DNA from: Macrostomum hystrix
Taxonomy: Eukaryota > Animalia > Platyhelminthes
NCBI GenBank assembly: GCA_950097015.1
Contig: CATNEN010000037.1
Coordinates: 2,666,001-2,730,000 of the forward strand
Length of the DNA: 64,000 bases
Reading direction: 5' to 3'
The notes below the pieces were generated by a model. That model did not search any database. It was not told where the DNA came from and saw only the letters and a list, made by a program, of their open reading frames with translations. Made by a program: the position numbers and the translations under genes. Positions within the stretch are counted from its first letter, which is position 1; each line of letters starts with the position of its first letter. Of this stretch, positions 12,301 to 24,300 are shown in pieces.

Positions 12301-15300
12301 ATCTATGCTAGACAAACGAGGTGGACCGAAGAGTGCCAGGCGCGAGCGCGAGCACACGGCTTGGGGAGAGTCATAAATCATTGAACAGTTTTGTGTGCTC
12401 AGTCGGAGGCCCCTTTTTAAACTCAGCTTTTACAGTGCTCAATTAATCACGGCTGCTGCGTTGGCGGCGTCCAGACTGTGACAGTTATCAGCCCCGCTGA
12501 TCAATACTCACCAAGATAGCGGCCTTTGTTAGGCTCCACGCACGGTTAATTAGTTTCGCGATAGGTGTAACATCGATATGCATACACGTTAATATAATAC
12601 ATGATAAAAGTTCTGTGCAACGACAGACAAAAGCAAAAAGAACAACTCTGCTTCATTATGAATGCTTCAAGGAAGTACGAAATTTAATCATTATAACACT
12701 GTTAAAAAATAAAGAAACCTAGGTACTGAAGTACTTCTATAGTAATATTATAATAATAATTGATTACACCTGTCCCAATTGGGACACATGCGCAGCCGGC
12801 AGCACAGCCGAAGCTATTGCGCGTCGCATCTGAAGGCTGCGTACAGCTGTTCAGTCCATGGACTGGGCGGCGCCACACACACCCTCAATTACCCCAGCCA
12901 ATTCTAGTACCCATTTAAAAATTAAGTGAACTGAAGCAATGCATAGTTAATTGTCTTGCTAAAGGACACAAATTGTTCCAGTGGAGTCGAGAATCGAAAC
13001 CCCGACCTTCAAGTCGTGAGTCCGACGCTCTAACCACAAGGCTACAAGCTCTCACAAGGCTACAACCCGGAAACTAAATACTTTTAAAATCTCAAATACC
13101 GTAAGGTTCTTAATTCGGCCAACGTTTCTAAGAAATTTAGCTCGAAAACTACAACGTAATCACGTGATTTGAAAAATGTATCACGTGACTGATCACAAGT
13201 TTCTAGGAAATGTAGAAACTTTGTCATGTAATTGAGCATTTAACTATAATAGTTACAAACGATCTGGTGCTCCCTGATCCATTATTGATTGGAAATATTA
13301 AAAAAGACGAATAGATAAAGCAGATTTAGAGCTGGAAGGGGGAGCTGGAATCTGTTGTTTTTACCTGGATTGGATTGAATGCCAGCCGTAGTCTCGTTGA
13401 GCTTTTTTAGGCGCTCCTTGCGCTGCAGGCCGGAGGAGCTGCGTCGTCGGTGCTGAAACTTGTCGTCGTCGTCGACCATGAGGGTCAGCTCGGACTCGAA
13501 GCTGGGCTGCTGCATGGTGATGAGCGGCGGCCTGGTGTGGCTGGCGAAAAATGTAGAGTCCGTGTGCGCTATATACTACTTTTAGAGTCCAGCAGTAGTT
13601 TCGGACTTTTCCAGATTTTTTTACAGTCGGTATGAAATTTGCCATAATTGATGTCAATATCTGTGCAGATTATTTCGTGTGTGATTCCCAGCTCATCCAT
13701 TCTACTCACCCGGAGTCCTCCATAGAGTCACTGCCATTCACCTCGGTCAGCTTCATCTGGGCCGAACGTCCGTTCTCAAGCCGCGTCCACATCACATTCA
13801 GTGTCTCCATGACAACGCGAAAATCGTCGCGCCTCAGATTAGGATTAACGGTGTAGGGAATCAGGTGCGGCAGTACCTTGGTTGCTATCAGGCTGAATGT
13901 TAAGCCGAAACGCTTGTCAGAAAGCATGTGCTTGTAGATGTCTGTGAAATTTAAATGGGTTGGACGAAAATATGAGTTAGTCTTCGGACCGAATTGCCGT
14001 AAATTCCACTGAGCCAACGGAAGCCAAATATATGGTGTGCATTTTCTGACATGGACTTCTGACAGGTAGGTCGTGAGTTCGAATCTTAGACCGAGGAAGA
14101 CAGCTTTTGCTAGATATTTTTTTATCTTGGGTTAATTTTCAATACAATATCCATCTAAAGCACTTTGTTTAGCTCAAAAGTGTGCTCACGAATCACGGCC
14201 ATGTAGATGTCAGTGTCAGTAAAGTTTATCTCCAGCAGGAATGGTAGGATTTCCTCCAGAATGGTCATTTTATCCAGCCGGTCAATTAGCTGATCGATGC
14301 AGGCCAGCGCATTCACTTGCATCTGATGTTTTGTCGATGTTAAAGAATTACTTATTCTCGCTCTACTGTGAGTAGCATTCTAAGAATATGATTTCTGTAA
14401 GTATTAAATTCAGCTGTTTTTATGCTTCATCAGCTCACGGGAAGCAAGCTGGAGCTGCGGCAGAAGACGGCCTTCGCCTTGGGCAGGATCAGCCGACGCA
14501 TCGTCTGCTCGTCGATGTGGTCCTGCAGCGCCGAGAAGGAACTCAGCGCCGCCTCCTGCGAGGTGAGTGAGGAAAGAATATAAAATATCGGGATCTGGAT
14601 CCCAGATCCCCGATCCCCGATCCCAGATCGCCGATCCCAGATCGCCGATCCCAGATCCCCGATCCCCGATCCCAGATCCCCGATCCTAGATCCCCGATCC
14701 TAGATCCCCGATCCCCGATCCCAGATCCCCGATCCCAGATCCCCGATCCCAGATCCCCGATCCCAGATCCCCGATCCCAGATCCCCGATCCCAGATCCCC
14801 GATCCCAGATCCCCGATCCCAGATCCCCGATCCCAGATCCCCGATCCCAGATCCCCGATCCCAGATCCCCGATCCCAGATCCCCGATCCCAGATCCCCGA
14901 TCCCAGATCCCCGATCCCAGATCCCCGATCCCAGATCCCCGATCCCAGATCCCCGATCCCAGATCCCCGATCCCAGATCCCCGATCCCAGATCCCCGATC
15001 CCAGATCCCCGATCCCAGATCCCCGATCCCAGATCCCCGATCCCAGATCCCCGATCCCAGATCCCCATTCTATAATTCGTGACCCCCATTACAGACCACT
15101 GTCGCTCACCTGTCCTGACGCACTGTTGGACTCCAGGGTGGCAAAAACTAGCGGCAGCAGGTCACCCCTGATGTCCTCATCCGACAGTTTCTCGACCAGG
15201 ACATCCGTGTGCTCCACAATGACCAGGCTAGTCTGAAGTTTTGTTCGTAATAATATATTGCTACTGTTACTGCCATTCTTACCGGCTACTCAGCAGATGT

Positions 15301-18300
15301 TGCCAGCCGACTGTAGCGATAAATCACGGCTGATTTGCCGGCTCCCAGTGCACTGTCGCACACATGCTGGACGCTGATAAGAAGGTTAGCCAGCCCCCAC
15401 CACCCCACAGTTTGTGATAGGAAGTCTACCTGGAAAATTCGAAGGGAAATCATAACCAAGGGCAAAGAGATTGAAGCACTCTACTGCTCTGATTTATAGG
15501 CTTTGAAAGTCTGGCGAGTTGGGAGAAAACTGCATGCTGTGCGTGGCTTGCTCGCTCGGGTTGGCAAATTACTTTGTGAGCCTGTTGTACAGGTCTGTAG
15601 TAAGGCTTCAGGAAGCAGGCATAGATGCACAAGAGTGCAGGTTTCTAGGCTGAAATATCGGTTGTCAAGGGGGTGGGTGGCAGAGCGGTCTAACGCGCTT
15701 GCCTCTCGCACCAAGGTCCCTGGACTCGATTCCAAAGCCAGGCCACATTCATTTGGGACGCAGCCGCGGAGAGAATGCTTGGGGGCTTGTCGTGCAATTT
15801 ACGGCCAACCTCCAAGGCACAGTGAGAGTGTACACTCCCTGACGATGAGAAAATGATTGGCAGATCTGCACGCCTGTGAGTGTGTACCTGCGTACAGTAT
15901 CAGTGAAAAGCTTGGAGAGCTACAAAGCATTAAAGTGGGCACCAGGTGTACGGTCGAGTTCGGCGTGAATAGCACAAGAAGAGACGCGGGGAGATCCGGC
16001 CGACTCCGCTTCAAGCAGAAATTACAAGTCACCATTGAAGTCTCTGAGGCGGAGGCCTTTTAGTTTAGAAAAAATAAGAATTTCGCAGCTATATAGACTC
16101 AAAGACTGAGCGGCTGAGGCCAGGCAGCAGCGGGAATGGGCGGAGGTGCTTTAACGAGGGCCCGGCCGGGTGATCTTGTCTGCTTGCAAAGGCAGGCCTT
16201 ATAATTGTAAGCTGAAAATAATATGCGCAGGGTAGGCCTGTCCTGAAAACCTATGCTAAGTGCTGAGCTGCTCACTATTGTAGCGTAGACTCTAGATGCG
16301 TGTCTCCGAACACGATAGCCTAGCAAAAGTAGCGAATTTCGAAATTGCATCGGCAGCAGTAGGAGAGCAGCTATGGCACTGTTGGCCTCGTCATCTAATC
16401 AGTGAAAGATGCGACTGTGGTGTTAATTGCTGATACTGATGCTGCATATCCCACAGCCAATGCAGCATAAGTCTGTCTAGGATGACAAACAGGCATTCCC
16501 TAGTCCACTGACAAGCCGGCAGCACATTCCCTAGTCCACTGACAAGCCGGCAGCACATTCCCTAGTCCACTGACAAGCCAGCAGTACATTCCCTAGTCCA
16601 CTGACAAGCCGGCAGTACATTCCCTAGTCCACTGACAAGCCGGCAGCACATTCCCTAGTCCACTGACAAGCCGGCAGTACATTCCCTAGTCCACTGACAA
16701 GCCGGCAGTACATTCCCTAGTCCACTGACAAGCCGGCAGCACATTCCCTAGTCCACTGACAAGCCGGCAATACATTCCCTAGTCCACTGACAAGCCGGCA
16801 GTACATTCCCTAGTCCACCGACAAGCCGGCAGTACATTCCCTAGTCCACTGACAAGCCGGCAGTACATTCCCTAGTCCACTGACAAGCCGGCAGTACATT
16901 CCCTAGTCCACTGACAAGCCGGCAGCACATTTCACAAAGGCGCACCTGAGCAGTTTTCGGTCGCCGCAGCAGCCCCAGCACCGGTTCGCACAGGTGAGCG
17001 TTGAAGTCAAATCGAGTGGACTGCTCAACCGCTTGGAACAGGCACGGCACCACGTGCGGCGTCAACTCAGCCGCCTGGTGAAGGTTCTCAACCAGCAGTG
17101 GCGCCACCCGCTTGAATAAAATCGGCTGCAAAGAGGAGGAGGCAGCGGGGAGTGGTCCAATAATGACACGCTCACTGTGCCTTGGAGGTTGGCCCTCAAG
17201 GGTGTAAACGCAGGAATTAGCAGAATTTCCTTCTGGCTGCAAGTATTATTGCTGTTGTCATTATTATCTTTTGTTTTTTGAAGCAGGGCAACATTGTAAG
17301 GACATTTTGAAAGAAAATTAGCATAACACCTACAATAGTAAAGTTTATTGTTGTCTTTGTGCGCAAATGCATATTAAAAGAAATTAATGAGCATACAGGT
17401 ACTTTCAGAAACTGAGCAATTTCAAGCAAAAAAGTAATATTAGCCGTAATGCCTGTGACTGCACCTAGTCTCATTTTAAATTTAAATTATTAATTTCTTT
17501 CTCAACAAAATCAAACAATAAGCGCATTGTGCTAAACAAAGGCTTTTCATCACAAAGCAAATAATTTTCTGATAAAATTTCTGACAAAATAGAGAACTAA
17601 AATATTGTTTGGCAAAAAATCAAATCAATTTAAATGGTGCAGAAATTTTCCTGATTATTTTTAAACCGTCCGACCGATTAAGGGACCGCTGAACCTGAAG
17701 AAATCTGCCATTGTCTTTTACTTTGTATGTGTCCCGTTTCCAAGCATCTTTCATCTGCTTTTAAAGTCGAATTAAATTTAATCAGACAGGACAGAGCCCA
17801 ATTCTAATTAAATTAACCCACGAAGGGCTGAATTACGCCATGGAATCAATATTTTGTTTAAACCGATAATATTTTTCGAATCAAAGTCTCAGAAAATAGC
17901 AACACTGGCAATAACATTGACGCTGTCAAAAATATCATCGACTGTCAAGCTGTCAATGACTGTCACATTGTCATTTACTGTCACACTGTCACTGGCTGTC
18001 ATACTGTCACTAGCTGTATAAATGTCGCTGGCTGTCACACTGTCACTGACTGTCACACTGTCACTGGCTGTCACACTGTCACTGACTGTCACACTGTCAC
18101 TGGCTGTCACACTGTCACTGGCTGTCACACTGTCACTGACTGTCACACTGTCACTGGCTGTCACACTGTCACTGACTGTCACACTGTCACTGGCTGTCGC
18201 ACTGTCACTGACTGTCACACTGTCACTGACTGTCACACTGTCACTGGCTGTCGCACTGTCACTGACTGTCACACTGTCACTGGCTGTCGCACTGTCACTG

Positions 18301-21300
18301 ACTGTCACACTGTCACTGACTGTCACACTGTCACTGACTGTCACACTGTCACTGGCTGTCACACTGTCACTGACTGTCACACTGTCACTGGCTGTCACAC
18401 TGTCACTGGCTGTCAAACTGTCACTGGCTGTTACACTGTCACTGGCTGTCAAACTGCCAAGGATTGTTAAAATGTCACTAAGAGTAAGAGACAAGCAAAC
18501 TTATCTTATGGTTTCAAAATGATACGAGCGTACTAACAGCCAAATTCTGAAATTTACAAATTTTAGAAATAACATTTTCTATTACAGTAAAACTGACATT
18601 CAAATGCCAATCATGCAGATCTCATCTTTAAAAGGCTCAATCTATAATACTAAAGCACTGTATCTGAAGTACTCAGGTATTGACAGTTTAAGTGCGCAGA
18701 AATAGTTTTTTTAATGAATGAAGCGTGACGCAAAATTCAAGGGCTAACAAATTTGAGCAAAAAAGCACGACTGAGAGCAATTACTGCTTCTGCCACAGTG
18801 ATTTGGCTTACTTTCGGTTTCTGTTGTAAAGCTAAATTTTTTTACCTTGGGAAAGTGCTCCCGCATCATTGTCTGCATTAGCAGGCCGAAAAACTCCCGC
18901 TTTTGATCCATTGTCTTCGCCTCGCATGTGGAGAGGCCCTCCAGTGCTAGCAGTAGCGGGTCTTGGAAGTACTTGATCTGCGAACGGTTGGGCGCAAAGT
19001 GCTTTTTATTCTAGTAAGCCAATTTACCTTGGCACTAGTTCTCTCTAAATATTGACTATAATGAGTTCTATCCATGAAAAAAACTAATTAAATGATAACG
19101 TTTGAGAAAAAAGTTGTATTGAATTGTGGATGTAGACTTTGGCCAATCAGCGACAGGAGAGAATATACAGATAATAGGGCTTTGACTGTTCAGCCAATCA
19201 AAGCCGGAATTGATGATTGAAACAGGAGTGTAGAAATTTTCTACCAATCAGCGACAAGATTTCGGATTGAAATTGTGGATGTAGACTTCTGCTAATCAGC
19301 GACAGTATTGAGGACAGAAATAGTAGTGTGTAACATTTATCAGCCAATCAGCGACAGGATTGAGGACAGAAATAGTAGTGTGTAACATTTTCAGCCAATC
19401 AGCGACAGGATTGAGGACAGAAATAGTAGTGTGTAACATTTATCATGCCAATCAGCGACAGGATTGAGGACAGAAATAGTAGTGTGTAACATTTTCAGCC
19501 AATCAGCGACAGGATTGAGGACAGAAATAGTTGGGTATAACATTTTCAGCCTATCAGCAACATGATTGAGTATAGAAGGAGGATTGAGGTCACCTTGGCA
19601 AACATCTGAGCGGTCGGCCGATGCCTAGGTTCAATGTCGAGCAGCTTCTCTACAATTTCGGCCAGCTCGTGAGGTAGCTGTGACAGCGCCTGAGGCAGCT
19701 GCGTTTGAAGCTAGAAATAAATAGATAGTCAGTGCAAATTAGTTCATAAAGTCAGATTCATTAACTTAAAATCGTTCTTCTAAATCACACATACGTACGA
19801 GTATAGATAAAACAATATTTGTTCGTAAATCTATCAAGATTACTTGTTTCTATGTTAGACTTTTATTCGCCAGTTTTTTAAAGGGATTTTCATCTAGGGT
19901 TAAACCAAGTTTATGAAGCTTTTGCTACGCAAAGACGCGATTCTTCAATATTTTTTATCGGTAAAAAAGCTGGTCCAATCTTGGCCTTGTCTCCGGGGAC
20001 GATAAGCTGCGGCTTTTCATCTCTGAGGGCGTTAGAAAAAGAGGGGGCATATACGGCCCTGTTTAATTAAAAATTCTCAGACTCACTAAGCGCCAACTAT
20101 CGCGGCTCCCGCATCAATTTTGAAATCGGACAACTCGAATTTGAGGGCCGGCTTGCACTCGGTAGGCCAGCCCCCCCCCAACCCCCTGCGCCAGAGCACC
20201 AGTAGTTGAGGTCCAGCAAATTATTCGTCCAAGAGCAAAAGCGGAATCATTCAACAACAAAATCAACGCAGTCCGAGTGGCGAATGGAGCGGACAGCTGT
20301 TCCGACAGCTCGTAGATTTCTAATGGCGCTGGGTAGATGGACTAAGTGCCCAGACCACAGGGCTAAATTATGTACTTTGAATCCTTCTTTTAAATTTATC
20401 TAGATAACGGATTGACCAATAAAATTGCACTCCTATCTAATGCAACCGACTGCATAGCCTCAGCTAAAGCGAGGCGCATCTGAAGGCTGCGTACGGCTGT
20501 TCAGTCCACGGACTGGGTGGAGGCCACACCCACCCTCAATTACCCCAACTGAAGCTGGTACCCATTTAACAGCTGGTTGATCTGAAGCACTAGAATGTAT
20601 GGACCTTCTGGGTGTTGGAGCATTGGACTTCTGACTGAGAGGTCAGGAGCTCGAATCTCAGCCTAAGGGATGCAATTTGTGCCAGCATCAGCTGGGATAG
20701 AAATTCGGATGGGTGTGGCTATCTCCTTCAGTCCATGAACAGCTCAACACTGTACATCTGGCCCAGCTGGGTTTGTTTAATTTCTGTATATATTCTATCA
20801 AAAGTACAAATCTAAAAAAGTACTTTTAGTCAACAAAAGTACAAATCTAAAAAAGTACTTTTAGTCAACAAAAGTACAAATCTAAAAAGTACTTTTAGTC
20901 AAGAAAAGTACAAATCTAAAAAAGTACTTTTAGTCAACAAAAGTACAAATCTAAAAAAGTACTTTTAGTCAACAAAAGTACAAATCTAAAAAAGCACTTT
21001 TAGTCAACAAAAGTACAAATGAAAGCAAATCACCTCGGCAACCCTTCGCTGATAGTTGTTGGCGCTCCTCTGGGACTCCAGTAGCGACGCGCCACCGTTG
21101 AACACAGCGTGGATGACTAAGCCGAAGGAGAACATGTCGCAGCTCTGGGTGGCTCGGCCGTGCAGTTGTAGGTCTGGCGCAATAAAGTCCAGATCCGGCT
21201 GGGCCATCTTGGACACTTTGGCCGACCACTGGGTGTAGTTGTAGGCGTCCTGGGCACGGATGGCGAAAACCATAGAGAAAATCATGCAAAAAATAATTGA

Positions 21301-24300
21301 CAAATGTCCACCGCTAGTGGCAAAGTGTCCACATCCGATGGCAAAGTGTCTACATTCAAAATAAAAATGTCCACCACCAATGGAAAAGTGTCCACTACAA
21401 ATCTAAAAGTGTCCACCATCGATTGAAAAGTGACCACCTTCGATTGAAAATTGTCCACCTCCGATTTAAAAGTGACCACCTTCGATTGAAAAGTGTCCAC
21501 CTCCGATAAAAAATGGTTTACCACCAATGGAAAAGTATCCACCACCAATGGAAAAGTGTCCACCACCAATGGAAAAGTGTCCACCACCAATGGAAAAGTG
21601 TCCACCACCAATGGAAAAGTATCCACCACCAATGGAAAAGTGTCCACCACCAATGGAAAAGTGTCCACCACCAATAGAAAAGTGTCCACCACCAACCGAA
21701 AAGTGTCCACCACCAATAGAAAAGTGTCCACCACCAATGGAAAAGTGTCCACCACCAATGGTGATGTGTCCACGTCTGATTGAAAAGTAACCACCATCAC
21801 TTGAATTGTTCTTTATTTATGAATTTTCCAGCTACATAATATTGACTGCTTTCTCAAACCAGGCTGTGTCCTCAGCAGCCGCTAGTCGAACCTGAAGAAG
21901 CCTATTATGAGTAAAAGTACAATGCCACTGTTCCATCTGACCAGAGACGGGACAGTCTCTTGAAGGCTTTCTCTGTGTCACAGCCCAACAGCAAACCAAT
22001 TGGCTTCATGCCAGCTGGCGCACAGGCGTGTACCGTGCGCGCACGTCCTCCAGTTTTATCTGTGCACTTTTGCAACCCGAGCTGCTCACGTGAGTGTCCG
22101 GCGCTTTCTCAACGAATCCGAGTCCCGACAGTTTCCAACAGCCCCGCTTGGTGACTATAATGGAGCCGGGACTGAGGTTGCCATGAATCACCCTCTGGGT
22201 GCTGTGCAGGTACTTCAGCGCCTCGTTGATCTATAATTGGTCGATAAAAAAACTGAGACGAATAGATGTAAAGACAGAACGGATAGACGTAAAGACAGAA
22301 TGGATAGATGCAAAGACAGAATGGATAGATGTAAAGACAGAACGGATAGACGTAAAGACAGAATGGATAGATGCAAAGACAGAATGGATAGATGTAAAGA
22401 CAGAACGGATAGACGTAAAGACAGAATGGATAGATGCAAAGACAGAATGGATAGATGTAAAGACAGAACGGATAGATGTACGAGCGTAAAGACAGAATGG
22501 ATAGATGCAAAGACAGAATGGATAGATGTAAAGACAGAACGGATAGATGTACGAGCGTAAAGACAGAATGGATAGATGTACGAGCGTAAAGACAGAATGG
22601 ATAGATGTAAAGACAGAATGGATAGATGCAAAGACAGAATGGATAGATGTAAAGATAGAACGGATAGATGTACGAGCGTAAAGACAGAATGGATAGATGT
22701 ACAAATAGACTTGATTTAGTCGAAACGGATATTAAGTAAGTAAGTTCGGGCTCCCAACCTGATAGATTCCCTGCTTAATCTCTAGCTCGTCAGTAAAGCC
22801 GTCCTGAAAAGCATATTTCATATCTATGTACGATGGATTACTGATGAAATACTTTAACCAGCCTCTCTAAGCTAATTAGGTTTCGTATGCGGTGGCTCTC
22901 ACCCTGACTTCCTGTGGCACAGCTGGCACGCGATCACAATAGCCCAGAAAGTTGGCCAGGCTGCCCCAGACAGGCTCGGTGGCGAATGTCAAGCTGTCTC
23001 TGCGTGAGTTTGGCGGGTTTGATGGCCAATTTTGTTTATAGATTCTAGCTCGTTTTTCATCAGGAAAACCAGTTTTATTTGCGTGATGCGGAGTTTCAGG
23101 TTAACATATGGGCTCATCAGATGTCTACTGTTACACTGGGTCTGTCACGGAAAAAACTCTGTGACATATCTTCGTTGAGTAAAATCTTTGATCTGGAAGC
23201 GATTGGGGTTTCGAAAACTGTGTGCTTGCGATTTTTTTACGAACGCGTCGAAGCCATCTTTATTTTGGGATTTATTGTCGTGCAATTTACGCCATTGAGG
23301 GTCTAACCCAGGGGTAGGCAAACTTATTTGCTGGCGGGCCAAAGAGAGAGCCCAAAAGACGACAGCGGGCCGCATTGACTGTATAAGTATGAGATAGGGG
23401 AGAGATGAGACACGGGAGAGATGAGACACAGGAAAGATAGGACACGAGAGAGATGAGACACAGGAAAGATAGGACACGAGAGAGATGAGACACAGGAAAG
23501 ATAGGACACGAGAGAGATGAGACACGGGAGAGATAAGACAGGGAAGAGATTAGACACGGGAGAGATTAGACACGGGAGAGATTAGATACGAGAGCGATGA
23601 GACACGGGAGAGATTAGACACGAGAGAGATGAAACAGGACACTGTAGATGTCAGAAGGGGCAACGGGCCGGATTTGGGAGCTTCGAGGGCCGCATCTGGC
23701 CCGCGGGCCGGAGTTTGCCGACCCCCGGTCTAACCTCAAAGGCACAGTGGAGAGATTGTATACTCTTGTCTGACGGTGAGAAAGTATTTTTGACTAGTGA
23801 CACTCCTATGACATTAAAAAGTGCTGAGCAACAATTTTCTCATTGGTTTTCACAGATGTGAGTTATGCTTCTATCACGTGAAAAAATATGAAATATATTG
23901 CAAGCGGCTGAAAGGCCCGGGTCTTCATCTGGGGGCTGAGCTCTGCTGCTGCTGCATCAGGCTCCATTAGAGACTGTTTATTAGAGACAAGCAGAATCAT
24001 CTATTCAGTTCCCGAGCCCTAATTGCAAGGTGAACACGCTAGGTGCGTCAAGAAGGGCTGTCTCCTCCAGTTTTCCATCTCCTTTCTATCTCCTACAAGC
24101 GTCCCTATCTCCTGTAGAACTTCAGTGCTCAGTCTCAGAAATGCGAATAAAATATAAAAAAAAGACTGTGACTCACAGCCACTTTGAAGATGGGGAATTC
24201 CTAACTGTCACAGTCACAATGCCGATGGGAATCCCAGCTGTCACAGACACAGTGCAGATGGGGAATCCCAGCTGTCACAGTCACAGTGCAGATGGGAATC

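Noticed and set aside
12514-12580. Possible extra SCYL2-like exon ending at a GTGAGT donor
   Set aside because: No suitable acceptor found, and the flanking exons already join in phase.
12980-13050. tRNA genes (also 15668-15740 and 20605-20660)
   Set aside because: A/B boxes are present but the stems do not pair well and the sequences continue into shared repeat bodies; they are SINE heads.
16495-16931. CRISPR-like regular repeats (also the 35-37-bp arrays elsewhere)
   Set aside because: Head-to-tail units with no unique spacers, no cas genes, and eukaryotic intronic context.
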